Shown here: positions 9,357 to 19,601 of the stretch, piece after piece
Layout: the number at the start of each line of letters is the position of its first letter
Position numbering within the stretch: the first letter of the stretch is position 1
Assembly: GCA_016840085.1 (NCBI GenBank)
Contig: JAEOTA010000086.1
Coordinates: forward strand, 64,001-128,000
DNA: 64,000 nt
DNA from: Promethearchaeota archaeon
GTDB taxonomy: Archaea > Asgardarchaeota > Lokiarchaeia > Sigyniarchaeales > SOKP01
Direction of reading: 5' to 3'
Made by a program: the position numbers and the translations under genes
The notes under the pieces: generated by a model
Told to the model about the DNA's origin: nothing
The model's input: only the letters and a program-made list of their open reading frames with translations
Database searches by the model: none

Positions 9357-10616
9357 TTAAAAAACCTGTTCTTTTCCAGCTATAAGACGTTTTCTTAATT
9401 CTATTAACCTATCAGCGCTCAACATCTCTTCCGAAACTTCTTTAGCGATATTTTTAATACTAGAGAAATCTACATTTTCAGCAGGGATAAGGTTTATTGA
9501 ATTTACCCATGGTTCTGTAATTTTATGACCAATCTGGCTTAATAATTTGACGTGTACTTCTAAAATATCCCCTTGTCCTCGTTTATAAATTTCTCTTGCC
9601 ATATTTGTGCTAAGGATGTTATATATCTTGCCTACATGATTAATTGGATTTTTACCACACACTGCTTCTAAGCTCATAGGGCGACATGGAGTAATTAAAC
9701 CATTCGACCTATTACCACGTCCGACTTCACCATCATCCCCACTTTCTGCGCTTGTTCCGGTGATTGTTAAATAAATCAAATTTTTTTGGAGTATATCAGC
9801 TACATTTACTTCACAAGTGACTTCTCGTTCTGGAATTATATCTGATGCTAAATCTAAAACAGCATCTTTAATCTGATTAGTATTATTAACATATTCATCA
9901 AGATCATTAATATATTTGCTAATCATTGCTGCTGCTACTGTTATACCTACTTTATTACCAACTCTTTCAGTCATAACCTTAATGTCTTCACCAGAAGCTT
10001 TACATTTATCTTTAAATTTATCAGAATTTATTAACCTTTCAGCTTCAAGAGTTATCTTTTCTGCATCTGAATAAGGAGCGTACCCAACTCCAAAACTCGT
10101 ATCATTTGCTAATGGAACTTCTTCAGAATGATGAGATTCATCAAATAAACCAGTTAAATCAGTAGAACCTGGTCTTATGGCAGTGTCAAATTGTATATCC
10201 CTATTTAAATCAAGATTTCGGAATATTTTTCCCATAACTTCACGTGAAGTTTCAAGGCATATAGTTGCAATGGGGATATATTCCATTTTATTTTCTCCAG
10301 AAGCACACTCCGTTAATATTTGATTAATAGCCCTTCCAACAATTAAAAAATATTGTGGTTGGATAATTAATCCCCCACCAAACTCTGGTTTAGCAACTCC
10401 CCCTACAAGTGCAGCCTTATCAACATTATGATGATAAACACGGTCAAATTTTTTTAAATAATAAGCACATAGTGCTCTAGAACATGCATCAGCAACAGCA
10501 TCACAGACACTATCCGGATGACCGATACCTTTTCTTTCAATGAGCTCGGGAAAATTAGAACGTTCAACAGCGAATTTAAGATCTAAATGTTCAATTTTTA
10601 ACATGTCATCTAACAT
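9357..10616 (-). CDS. mat: archaeal S-adenosylmethionine synthetase
   Basis: [52 protein letters not shown]. Confidence 0.96.
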   Translation of the reverse strand: MLDDMLKIEHLDLKFAVERSNFPELIERKGIGHPDSVCDAVADACSRALCAYYLKKFDRVYHHNVDKAALVGGVAKPEFGGGLIIQPQYFLIVGRAINQILTECASGENKMEYIPIATICLETSREVMGKIFRNLDLNRDIQFDTAIRPGSTDLTGLFDESHHSEEVPLANDTSFGVGYAPYSDAEKITLEAERLINSDKFKDKCKASGEDIKVMTERVGNKVGITVAAAMISKYINDLDEYVNNTNQIKDAVLDLASDIIPEREVTCEVNVADILQKNLIYLTITGTSAESGDDGEVGRGNRSNGLITPCRPMSLEAVCGKNPINHVGKIYNILSTNMAREIYKRGQGDILEVHVKLLSQIGHKITEPWVNSINLIPAENVDFSSIKNIAKEVSEEMLSADRLIELRKRLIAGKEQVF

Positions 10617-10793
10617 CTTTTTAATTATATAAAAAGTTCTTTAATGTATATTTTTAAATTAATTATTAGTTAAAATCATTATTAAAAGAAAAATGCTATA
10701 AACACATTTTATATCATTTTAAATAAATAATTTTTATAAATATTTAATCATTATAATATGCTTAAAATGCATAAACTAAAATTCCATTAGAAG

Positions 10794-11366
10794 ATGAAAA
10801 ATTTCCCGCATTTAAGTGAAATTAAACATTTAAGGAAAAAACTAGGAATAACCCAGAAGGAATTAGGAGAAAAGTTAAATATTCCACAATCCACAATTTC
10901 TAGGATTGAAAATGGAAGTATAGATCCACCATATTCCAAAATTAAAATAATATACGAATGTTTAGAAGGTGAACGTAAAACACGTAAAAAAATGAAAAAA
11001 CAAGCTGAAGATATCATGATAAGACATATTATATTTATTAAACCTTCTTCTTCAATAAGAGATGCTGCAGATCTCATGAATAAACATGGTATATCACAAC
11101 TTCCTATCTTAGAAAAACAACAAAACTTAGGCAGTTTAACCTCAAAAAAAATTCAAAAATTCATAACAGAAAATCCAAAAATTATAAATGGAGATGTTTC
11201 TCTCATAAAAGAATTACCCTTTCCAGAAGTTAATAGAGATTGGGGCATTAAAGATATTTCAACTCTACTTGAAAATTATCCTGCAGTTTTAGTAAAGGAC
11301 GAAAATTATAATTTTATAGGGATAATTACTGACGCTGATCTCCTTAAACTTACAAATAATTATTAA
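10794..11366 (+). CDS. XRE-HTH + CBS-pair transcriptional regulator
   Basis: RKKLGITQKELG...QSTISRIENG; CBS motifs ISQLP and GIITDADLL. Confidence 0.9.
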   Translation: MKNFPHLSEIKHLRKKLGITQKELGEKLNIPQSTISRIENGSIDPPYSKIKIIYECLEGERKTRKKMKKQAEDIMIRHIIFIKPSSSIRDAADLMNKHGISQLPILEKQQNLGSLTSKKIQKFITENPKIINGDVSLIKELPFPEVNRDWGIKDISTLLENYPAVLVKDENYNFIGIITDADLLKLTNNY

Positions 11367-11482
11367 GTAGATATTCATTCAATTTTTAAACATTTCAAAA
11401 ACAGAAATAAATTAAAAAAGTTTCAAAACATTATAATCTTAAAAGAAAGTATATTTTTTATATACCATTAAAGTACTAGTAA

Positions 11483-12490
11483 TTGATGACAAACACAGTC
11501 ATAGAGAAGATTGATGATTTACTAAAAAAGGCAAACTTTGAAACCTTAAAGATAGGAAATTTTGCTAGTAGAACAAAGACAAAATTTTGCTTTGATTTAT
11601 TAGTAAAAAAGGATGCTCAAGTTTTTAGTGTCAAAATCTTTCCTAATATTGATAATTTAAATCCTGATCTAATCCGGGATATTAAACAATTATCATTTAT
11701 ATTAAAATCAAAACCACTATTAATTGGAATTAGGAACCGATATCAAAAGTTAGAGGATAACACAATATATGTAAGGGAAGGTTTACCTTTTATAACATTA
11801 AATACATTTGAGAAAATTCTAACTAAGAATATATTCCCCTATATTCTAGCAAGAAGAGGTGGAGGTGTGGTATTTTTAGACGGTACATTGATGAAAACTT
11901 TAAGAGAAAAACAATTAATAACAAGAAAGGAATTATCTGAAAGACTCGGAGTCACTAAAAGAACGGTGAGTGCTTATGAAAACGAAAGTATGCGACCTTC
12001 AGATCAAATAGCTGTAAAAATATTAAAAATACTAGAGAATAATGAAATTTTCAAAAAAATTAATGTCTTCAAATGGAACATTAAATCTCATCAAGAAGAT
12101 ATTGACCTTCTTGAAGAAAAAGAGTTAAACGATTTTGAATCTCATGTTCAAACAATAGTAAACGATATAGGATTATCTTCATATTGGTATAAAAAAGGCT
12201 CAATACCATTCAAATTATCATTATTTTCTTCAATTGATAAAATTGAACAAGAGGGCTTTTATCCTCTATTTTCTGCCATCTCTGAGGAACAAAGGAAAAT
12301 TAATCAAATGAATTTTCAATGTTTAAAGATGTTTAATGAGTTGTTCCATAAAACTGCACTATTTATTGTTAATAATGATGTAAGAATTCCCGTTTCGATA
12401 AAAAAAGATGATATACATATTGTTAAAATAAAGAATCTAGAAGAAATTGATGACGAGGAAGATTTCATTGAACTCATCCAAGAATCTTAG
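11483..12490 (+). CDS. archaeal Cro/XRE-HTH transcriptional regulator (conserved family)
   Basis: CFDLLVKK...VKIFPNID, LEDNTIYVREGLP, LARRGG, TRKELSERLGVTKRTVSAYEN. Confidence 0.85.
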   Translation: MMTNTVIEKIDDLLKKANFETLKIGNFASRTKTKFCFDLLVKKDAQVFSVKIFPNIDNLNPDLIRDIKQLSFILKSKPLLIGIRNRYQKLEDNTIYVREGLPFITLNTFEKILTKNIFPYILARRGGGVVFLDGTLMKTLREKQLITRKELSERLGVTKRTVSAYENESMRPSDQIAVKILKILENNEIFKKINVFKWNIKSHQEDIDLLEEKELNDFESHVQTIVNDIGLSSYWYKKGSIPFKLSLFSSIDKIEQEGFYPLFSAISEEQRKINQMNFQCLKMFNELFHKTALFIVNNDVRIPVSIKKDDIHIVKIKNLEEIDDEEDFIELIQES

Positions 12491-12497
12491 GGAAAAG

Positions 12498-13193
12498 TTG
12501 GAAATAATTTGCGGCATAGACGAGGCTGGTAGAATATAATTCAGATCGAATTATATGCAAATAGGTTCTGTCTTAGGCCCTATGGTTATTTGTGGAGTCT
12601 GTTTTACTAGAACTAAATTAGAATTTTTATCTGAAATTGGAGTTAAAGATTCAAAGAAATTATCAACCATAAGAAGGAATCAATTATCTGAACTTATCAA
12701 AAGTAATTGCTATTCTCATAAAATTATAGTGGTAAATCCTCACGAGATAGATCAGAGAGAAAAGAAAAATTTAACACTTAATCGACTTGAGGAATTAAAA
12801 ATGGCTGCCATCATTAATGATTTAAGGCCAAACATTATATATATTGATGCAGCTGATGTAAATGAAGAAAGATTTGGAAGATCAATTAAAAATTTACTAA
12901 ATTACAATCCAAAAAGAATTATATCTAAACATAAGGCTGATGATATTTATCCAATAGTTTCGGCAGGATCAATAATTGCAAAAGTTAAAAGGGATACTTT
13001 AATAGATGGATTAAAAGAAAAATATGGAGATCTTGGTTCTGGATACCCTTCTGATGTAGTAACTATTGAATTTCTTCGAGAATGGATAAAGAATCATAGA
13101 AAAGCACCCTCTATTGCAAGGAAATCATGGAATACCACCAAAAATATATTAAATGAAGAAATCGCTAATAGAAAAATAACTGAATTCTTTTAA
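12498..13193 (+). CDS. rnhB: ribonuclease HII, split by a 30-nt candidate BHB intron (exon 1 12498-12532, exon 2 12563-13193; 221 aa spliced)
   Basis: TTG 12498 gives MEIICGIDEAGR; after the insertion GSVLGPMVICG, VKDSKKL, IYIDA, HKADDIYPIVSAGSIIAKVKRD, GSGYPSD. Confidence 0.93.
12533..12562 (+). other. candidate bulge-helix-bulge intron in rnhB mRNA
   Basis: In-frame TAA 12537-12539; perfect 9-bp stem ATATAATTC/GAATTATAT with 5-nt loop; bulges AG^A and AT^A; removal restores GGT AGA GGT (G-R-G). Confidence 0.8.
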
Positions 13194-13888
13194 ATGGTAT
13201 TTTTTTTTACAATTAATACGATATGATTAGAGGCATATTTATGAATATTTACACTTTCTATAATGTGATAATCTGCTTTTTCAAGAATTTTTTTTTCTTT
13301 AGCATAAATACGTTCAGATTTTTGAATACTATCTATAGATTGGGATTTTATAGCAAGAATTAATATTCCATCATCTTGTAAATAATAATTACAATTGTGA
13401 ATTGCGATCTCAGCTTGATTTGGTTGAGCAACATCTTGATAAATTATATTAGCTTTAGTAAAAATTGATTTCGCATAACTTTCAGGATATCGAGCATCTC
13501 CTAATATTGGAATAATATTTTTTCTACCTGAAGTATTCTGAATTAATTGTCTGATACTTCTTTCAGCAAATTCTACTCCATATATTATACTGGATCTTAA
13601 AATGTCAGACAGATGAGAAATTGTAGTCCCAGATGACGCTCCTAAATATAAACAAATTAAATCATTAGATAAGAAATTACTAGCAGGATTTTCTAGAATT
13701 AGAGCTGCTAGTTTACTCCTGAATGGATCCCATTCTCTATATTCCTCTCCTCTATATTCTATTAATTTCTCACCGTAAACTCTATAGCCAACGTTTAAGT
13801 TTTTTGTATAAAGTTTTCTTTTTTCTTGGGGGCCAGATATAAAAACATTATAAAATTTTGGATGATTTCTAATCTCAGTTTTAGTCAT
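13190..13888 (-). CDS. flpA: fibrillarin-like rRNA/tRNA 2'-O-methyltransferase
   Basis: VYGEK, YREWDPFRSKLAA, LYLGASSGTTISHLSD, YQDVAQPNQA. Confidence 0.96.
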   Translation of the reverse strand: MTKTEIRNHPKFYNVFISGPQEKRKLYTKNLNVGYRVYGEKLIEYRGEEYREWDPFRSKLAALILENPASNFLSNDLICLYLGASSGTTISHLSDILRSSIIYGVEFAERSIRQLIQNTSGRKNIIPILGDARYPESYAKSIFTKANIIYQDVAQPNQAEIAIHNCNYYLQDDGILILAIKSQSIDSIQKSERIYAKEKKILEKADYHIIESVNIHKYASNHIVLIVKKNTI

Positions 13889-13905
13889 TTTTTTACCTAT
13901 TTACC

Positions 13906-15111
13906 TCACTTTCTCTTTTTTGATTTTTTTTTCTTGCTCTTTATTGTATCTACCTTTTTAGGCGGATTTGGATATTTTTCTTCAATTTCTTTTATTTTTT
14001 CTTCAATTTCTTGTGATAATCTATCACCAATAAATTCTCCAGAAAAAAAGTCAACTTTAGCCGAAAGTCCTAACTTTCCCGCAACAACACGAGCTATTTT
14101 CCCCCTTTGATAAGGCTTAGCTGATCGAATTTGATTCCATTGAAATATTAATCCATGTTTAGGTCTTTTTTCACCAGTTCTCAAAAATCGATATAATGCT
14201 TTTTCAGCACCTAATAATTGGATTCTTGAAGCTGGCATGTAAGCTAACTTTTTTAATCCCCCCGCTTTTGAAATTAATTTAGCACCTATTAAAGAGCCCA
14301 CAATAGCTCTAAGATTAGGCGCTGTTTTTTCCATTAAATCGTCTAAATAACGCTCTAATTCCTCAATATAAGAATTTAAAGATAATATCTGGTTTGCATA
14401 AGCCTTGACGATCTCAAGATCAATTTCAGCACCCATTGAATTAATTGCTTGTTTGTATAAATTCAGAACCCTTTTTTCCTTCAAATTAAAGTTTTGTTTA
14501 AGATTATCGAGGGTATAATTGTCTCTATGTCCTAAACTTGAGATTAATTTTGTGATTAGAATATTATCATCAATAACTCTATCAGTTAATTCTGGAAAAT
14601 GTAATCCATACCATTCTCTAAGACGTGCGATAAATAGACTTAATGATTTCTTAATAATGTCTAATGTTTCATTTGTTTGAATAATAATTATGTCATTTTG
14701 CCCCCCAACTTCACTTACCTTCTTTTTAACTAACTCTTCATTAATTTTCTTATATCTGTCCAAGAGTTCGCTATTTGAAACGATTATTCCAACTTTTTTA
14801 AGCTGGTCTATTAGATTTAATCTAAAATTTTTAAATTCCAATGAAGTTATATTTAATTCAGTCGATACTTCTAACTTTTGAGAAGTTAATGTTTCCATTT
14901 TCTTATTATCAAAAATAAATTCATCAAAACCAGAATTTTTCAAATCTGAAATAAATTCTTTGTATTTATTTAAAATTTGCTCTGAATCTAAAGTTTTATA
15001 AAACTCTATAACTTTTTCATTATCCCCATTAAAATCAATGAAATTTAAAGTATTCCCTGTCTCATCAAGAGCAAATATACCCACCAAAGTATCAACAATG
15101 TAGCACTTCAT
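13906..15111 (-). CDS. nop5: box C/D RNP protein Nop5 (Nop56/58)
   Basis: LREWYGLHFPEL, APNL, PASRIQLLGAEKAL, PKHGLIF, K-rich tail. Confidence 0.96.
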   Translation of the reverse strand: MKCYIVDTLVGIFALDETGNTLNFIDFNGDNEKVIEFYKTLDSEQILNKYKEFISDLKNSGFDEFIFDNKKMETLTSQKLEVSTELNITSLEFKNFRLNLIDQLKKVGIIVSNSELLDRYKKINEELVKKKVSEVGGQNDIIIIQTNETLDIIKKSLSLFIARLREWYGLHFPELTDRVIDDNILITKLISSLGHRDNYTLDNLKQNFNLKEKRVLNLYKQAINSMGAEIDLEIVKAYANQILSLNSYIEELERYLDDLMEKTAPNLRAIVGSLIGAKLISKAGGLKKLAYMPASRIQLLGAEKALYRFLRTGEKRPKHGLIFQWNQIRSAKPYQRGKIARVVAGKLGLSAKVDFFSGEFIGDRLSQEIEEKIKEIEEKYPNPPKKVDTIKSKKKKSKKRK

Positions 15112-15189
15112 TTTTTTGAACTGTTCTAAATTATTATTTCTCTATTAAAAATGATTTATAAGATCATAATCATTATTTTCTTTTAAAAA

Positions 15190-16116
15190 ATGCTAGAAAT
15201 TAATCTATCAGGGTTAAAATTAAAATCTCCTATTATATTAGCATCTGGTATTTTAGGTGTTTCTTACTCTTCGATGAAAAGGGTTATCGATGCTGGAGCT
15301 GGTGCTGTAACTACAAAATCTATCGGACCAAGACCGCGAAAAGGATACAAAAATCCATCAATAATTGAAATCTATTCTGGCACTTTCATGAATGCAGTAG
15401 GTCTAGGTAATCCTGGTATTGATAATTTTGTCGCAGAAATAAAAGAAGCGAAAGAACATACCATACCATTAATTGTAAGTGTTTTTGGAGATACAAATGA
15501 TGTCTATCTTGATGTGGCGGTTAAAGCTGAAAAAGCTGGGGCTGATGCAATTGAAATAAATATCTCTTGTCCGCATGCTGAAGTATCTTCCATAGGAATT
15601 GATAAAGGTTTAACGTTTGAAATTGTAAAATTTCTAAAAGAAAAGCTTACAGTTCCTCTTTTTGTAAAATTAAACCCCAATGTAACAAATATAGTAGAAA
15701 TTGCTTTAGCTGCTGAGAAAGGTGGTGCTGATGGAGTAGTTGCTATAAATACTTTGTCAGCATTGAAAATTGATGTGAATACCAAAAGACCAATCTTATC
15801 ACATGGAAGTGGTGGTCTTTCTGGGAAAGCAATTCAACCTATAGCTATAAAGAAAGTATATGATTTATATAAAGTTTTAAAAATCCCAATTATTGGATGT
15901 GGAGGGATAGATTCTTGGCAAGATGTAGTAGAATTCTTTTTAGCTGGAGCTTCAGCAGTACAAATTGGTACAGCTTTCTATAAAGGAACCGAAATTATTA
16001 CTGAAATAAGTCATGGAATAACACAGTATCTTAAGGATAATGATTTTAAATCTATAAATGACATAAAAGGATTAGCCCATAAATTTAAGACTCAAGAGGT
16101 GCCAGATTTTGACTGA
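15190..16116 (+). CDS. pyrD: dihydroorotate dehydrogenase family 1B catalytic subunit
   Basis: ILASG, NAVGLGNPG, EINISCPH, VKLNPN, GGLSG, GASAVQIGTA. Confidence 0.95.
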   Translation: MLEINLSGLKLKSPIILASGILGVSYSSMKRVIDAGAGAVTTKSIGPRPRKGYKNPSIIEIYSGTFMNAVGLGNPGIDNFVAEIKEAKEHTIPLIVSVFGDTNDVYLDVAVKAEKAGADAIEINISCPHAEVSSIGIDKGLTFEIVKFLKEKLTVPLFVKLNPNVTNIVEIALAAEKGGADGVVAINTLSALKIDVNTKRPILSHGSGGLSGKAIQPIAIKKVYDLYKVLKIPIIGCGGIDSWQDVVEFFLAGASAVQIGTAFYKGTEIITEISHGITQYLKDNDFKSINDIKGLAHKFKTQEVPDFD

Positions 16117-16963
16117 AAATACAATAAGGACAGTGAAAGTACAGAAAATAATTGATGAATGTAAAGATGTTAAAACACTTGTTTTTAACATGAAAATTAG
16201 CATGAATGAAAATTATATTATTCCTAAACCAGGACAATTTGTTATGGTATGGGTACCTGGTATAGATGAAGTTCCAATGTCCCTCTCTGGATGTGATACT
16301 GATGGAAATTGGTCAATTACAGTAAAAAATGTTGGAGAAAGTACAAATGCTATGTACAACTTAAACATTGGAGATTATATTGGAGTAAGAGGGCCTTTAG
16401 GTAATCATTTTAAACTTATAAATCTAAGTTTAAAAGAAATTTACTTAATTGGCGGTGGAATAGGTATGGCACCTCTAAAATTCCTCTCTAATCAGCTTAC
16501 AAAAATGAATATAAAACACACGATCATAGAGGGCGTAAAAATTGAGAATGACATTATGTTTAAAGATTATTTTCAAGAAGCTATAACAAGTATTTCTGAA
16601 GTTCATTATTGTACTGATGATGGAAGTTATGGAATTAAAGGAGTCATCTCTGATATTTTTAAAGAAATGCTAAATAAATTTAATAAAAATGATCTCTCAA
16701 ATCTAGTTGTTTATTCCTGTGGCCCAGAAATAATGCTATATAAATTATTTCAAATATGCCAAGAACATAAAATTGAGTTTTATGCGAGTCTTGAAAGAAT
16801 AATGAGGTGTGGGTGTGGATTATGTGGATTATGCACTTTAGATCCATTAGGTTTACTGGTTTGTAAGGATGGACCAATTTTTAATTCTGATATGTTAAAA
16901 AAAATTGAGGACTTTGGGAAGTTTAAGAGAGATTTTACAGGATACAAAATCCCCCTTATGTAA
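16109..16963 (+). CDS. pyrK: dihydroorotate dehydrogenase electron transfer subunit
   Basis: PGQFVMVW, RGPLGN, GGGIGMAP, TDDGSYG, CGPEIM, MRCGCGLCGLC, VCKDGP. Confidence 0.94.
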   Translation: MTENTIRTVKVQKIIDECKDVKTLVFNMKISMNENYIIPKPGQFVMVWVPGIDEVPMSLSGCDTDGNWSITVKNVGESTNAMYNLNIGDYIGVRGPLGNHFKLINLSLKEIYLIGGGIGMAPLKFLSNQLTKMNIKHTIIEGVKIENDIMFKDYFQEAITSISEVHYCTDDGSYGIKGVISDIFKEMLNKFNKNDLSNLVVYSCGPEIMLYKLFQICQEHKIEFYASLERIMRCGCGLCGLCTLDPLGLLVCKDGPIFNSDMLKKIEDFGKFKRDFTGYKIPLM

Positions 16964-16998
16964 TTCCCGTTATTCTACCCTCTATTTTATGAAAATTA

Positions 16999-18291
16999 TT
17001 ATATATGTATTTCATTTTGAGTTTCTTTTGCCTGTTGTCCGAGCCCCATTAGGAATAAATCTGATTTAACTCCAAGTTTCGCAATTGTTATAATAGGCAT
17101 GAGTATATCCATATACAAATATGGCTTTACTGGTCTATCATCATTCTTAAGGATTTCCTCTAATTTACTATGGAATTCTGAACTTAAGGTTTTTACTTGT
17201 TCAAGTTGATCCTCAGAAATAAAGCGATAATTTATTAAATTGGTGTCGAGCACTTGCATAAGTAAATCAATAGTTTCTATTAACGGTAATTCTTCCATCG
17301 CAACAGATGTCAAGATTTGATTTTCTGTCGCTTCTATAAAGTTATTTAGGTAGTCTGCGATCATCTTGATTTTTTTATATTCATAGGAAAATCTAGGTAA
17401 ATTTGCTAAAAGAGGTTCCCAATTATTCTCTTTTATTGCCTTTCCTAAATCAAACTCCTTTTTCTTCAGTAATTCATCAAAATTTTGACTAAGCTTATAA
17501 TATTTGCGTTTAATATTGCCTGGTTGTATCTCATCTTCTTTTGAGTATGATTCAAGCAGGTGTAATTTGAGCAATTCTTTTGTATGTCGAGAAAATGTTG
17601 CTTTATTCTTACCCATATGATAAACCATTTCTTTAAGGCTTAATTCCTTATAGATTTTTAATAAAATGACTATTCTTAAGTCAAGAGTACTTTTAAAAAC
17701 ATCAACTAAGTTCCTACTATTTATAATCCTCGTGAAATTTGTAAAGAGCTTCTTCACTTTGTCATCGGTTAAAGCAGAAATTTCAATAGCACCAATTAAA
17801 TCCTTTGACAACGCTAACTTATTAGCATTTTTCGTTTTAATTTCTCTTTTTTCTTGAAGATCAAGCTTATTACCAATCATTAATATAGGAGTTCTTCTAT
17901 TTAACCTGCTCGATCTGTAAATGGCTAACCATTTATCTAAATCACCTAAACTTGATTTATTAGTTATGTCGTAAACAAATATTGCAGCAGCAGCTCCCAA
18001 GGTGAAACTTTCAAATAAAAGTCGTGGTTTTTTTAGTTTACCCTCCCTTTTTGTTTTATCAATAATAAGATCCTTGAATTTAGGATTACCCGTAAGCTCC
18101 CAAATATGCAAAATAAAAGTTTCTCCATCCACTTCTATAGTATCCTTATAGAATGATACTCCTAAAGTCAATTTTGGAGGCACTCCTAAACTTTCATTGT
18201 CGGCTTCTTTAAAACATTTACTTAATAGGGTGGTTTTTCCCACTCCACTCTCACCAAACACAATAATCTTGAATACTTTTGGTTTTTTCAT
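16999..18291 (-). CDS. Rab/Ras-like small GTPase fused to a winged-HTH domain
   Basis: GESGVGKT, TLGVSF, WELTG (variant G3), GNKLD, EISA; C-terminal half LSLKEMVYHMGKNKATFSRHTKEL...KYYKL. Confidence 0.85.
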   Translation of the reverse strand: MKKPKVFKIIVFGESGVGKTTLLSKCFKEADNESLGVPPKLTLGVSFYKDTIEVDGETFILHIWELTGNPKFKDLIIDKTKREGKLKKPRLLFESFTLGAAAAIFVYDITNKSSLGDLDKWLAIYRSSRLNRRTPILMIGNKLDLQEKREIKTKNANKLALSKDLIGAIEISALTDDKVKKLFTNFTRIINSRNLVDVFKSTLDLRIVILLKIYKELSLKEMVYHMGKNKATFSRHTKELLKLHLLESYSKEDEIQPGNIKRKYYKLSQNFDELLKKKEFDLGKAIKENNWEPLLANLPRFSYEYKKIKMIADYLNNFIEATENQILTSVAMEELPLIETIDLLMQVLDTNLINYRFISEDQLEQVKTLSSEFHSKLEEILKNDDRPVKPYLYMDILMPIITIAKLGVKSDLFLMGLGQQAKETQNEIHI

Positions 18292-18765
18292 CTTATAAGA
18301 TCACTTGAAGTATATTATTATTCTACACAATAATTGTAACATTGCATACTTAAAAATGTTTGCAACGCTGGAGATCGTCCCTTCTAATCAAAAAATCCAT
18401 TTTTAACAAATAAGAAAAAAAAAAGATTTAATTATCAAAGAAAGACTAATATCTTAACTGGTCTGACTCAAAAAAATCAAGTTTGAAAAAAAAAACTTAT
18501 AGATTAAAGGATTTGAATCAAAAAATATTTCTTTGATACTTAACATACATTAATTGACATAGAAAGAACTTTTAGAGAGCATCAAAATAATTTTATTTAT
18601 TAAATTTTAATGGCTTATTTAGAAACTTAATTTCTATTCACCTTATATTAAATCTGAATACTAATGATAAATCCAAAAATTTAGTAGTTTTCTGCCATTT
18701 AATTTTATACAGTATTAAATAAACAAATTATACTAATGCAAAATTCAGATAAGATTGAAATAATA

Positions 18766-18900
18766 GGATTATGTGCTTTAGATCCATTAGGGTTACTGGT
18801 TTGCAAAGATGGACCAATTTTTAATTCAGAAACTCTAAAAGAAATTCAAGATTTTGGGAAATATAAAAGAGGTTTTACTGGAAAGAAAATAAAAATGTAA
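18766..18900 (+). repeat. diverged duplicate of the pyrK 3' end (first copy 16826-16963)
   Basis: GLCALDPLGLLVCKDGPIFNSETLKEIQDFGKYKRGFTG vs GLCTLDPLGLLVCKDGPIFNSDMLKKIEDFGKFKRDFTG. Confidence 0.9.
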
Positions 18901-18904
18901 TTAA

Positions 18905-19534
18905 TTAAATCTCAAATTGCAAATCTTTAACATTCTCTCGATATAGTAATTGCTGTTTCTTTTGAGCTTCCCGCCAAGTTTTTGGAAATTCATATTTTTC
19001 ATAAAAAATTTCATCTATAGCTTTCTTCATTTGTAAAGCACATATGTCATACGATACTTTGCCTACTCCTGTTCCCCTTCCTGGAATAGCAACACTTTTT
19101 ACCTTTTCTTTTATCAAGTTACCATTTTTAAATTTCCCATATTTTACCAAAATTAAAACTGCTCGTGTAGCTAAATAAACATTCACTGAATTCTTTAAAA
19201 TCATAGGCACTCTCATTGTAGGAGCAGAAATTACATATTGTATCTTTTCATTACCAGTTTCTATTATTTCTGCCATACCTACGATTAATTCTCCATGATA
19301 CTTTTCTTTAATAATTTTTTGTAATTTTTCTTGCACATACCAACCGAAAAATCGTGATATTTTCAAATCAAGCCCACCATCCATAAATCCGAATGAGTTT
19401 GCTGGACTTACCAGTGCATCACATTTTACGTCAAAAATAGATCCATTAATTATTTCAATATTTGGATCTTGTTTAAAGAATTTATGCCATGATTTTATCA
19501 GATTGATGTTTAAATCGCAAAGTATTAACTTCAT
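18905..19534 (-). CDS. macro domain (ADP-ribose binding/processing) protein
   Basis: DALVSPANSFGFMDGGLD, APTMRVP, PGRGTGVG. Confidence 0.9.
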   Translation of the reverse strand: MKLILCDLNINLIKSWHKFFKQDPNIEIINGSIFDVKCDALVSPANSFGFMDGGLDLKISRFFGWYVQEKLQKIIKEKYHGELIVGMAEIIETGNEKIQYVISAPTMRVPMILKNSVNVYLATRAVLILVKYGKFKNGNLIKEKVKSVAIPGRGTGVGKVSYDICALQMKKAIDEIFYEKYEFPKTWREAQKKQQLLYRENVKDLQFEI

Positions 19535-19601
19535 GTCTAAATATATTATTTGAAATATAAAAAATCTTTAACAGCAGTTTATCAATTTTTGAAATTAACA
19601 C

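Noticed and set aside
12533-12562. Insert as an IS/MITE footprint or a stop read-through signal
   Set aside because: No target-site duplication beyond one base; read-through would leave 10 extra residues in the active-site motif, whereas BHB cleavage predicts the exact boundaries.
12555-13193. ORF-track start for RNase HII at ATG 12555
   Set aside because: The ATG lies inside the inserted hairpin and the product would lack the catalytic DE residues encoded at 12519-12524.
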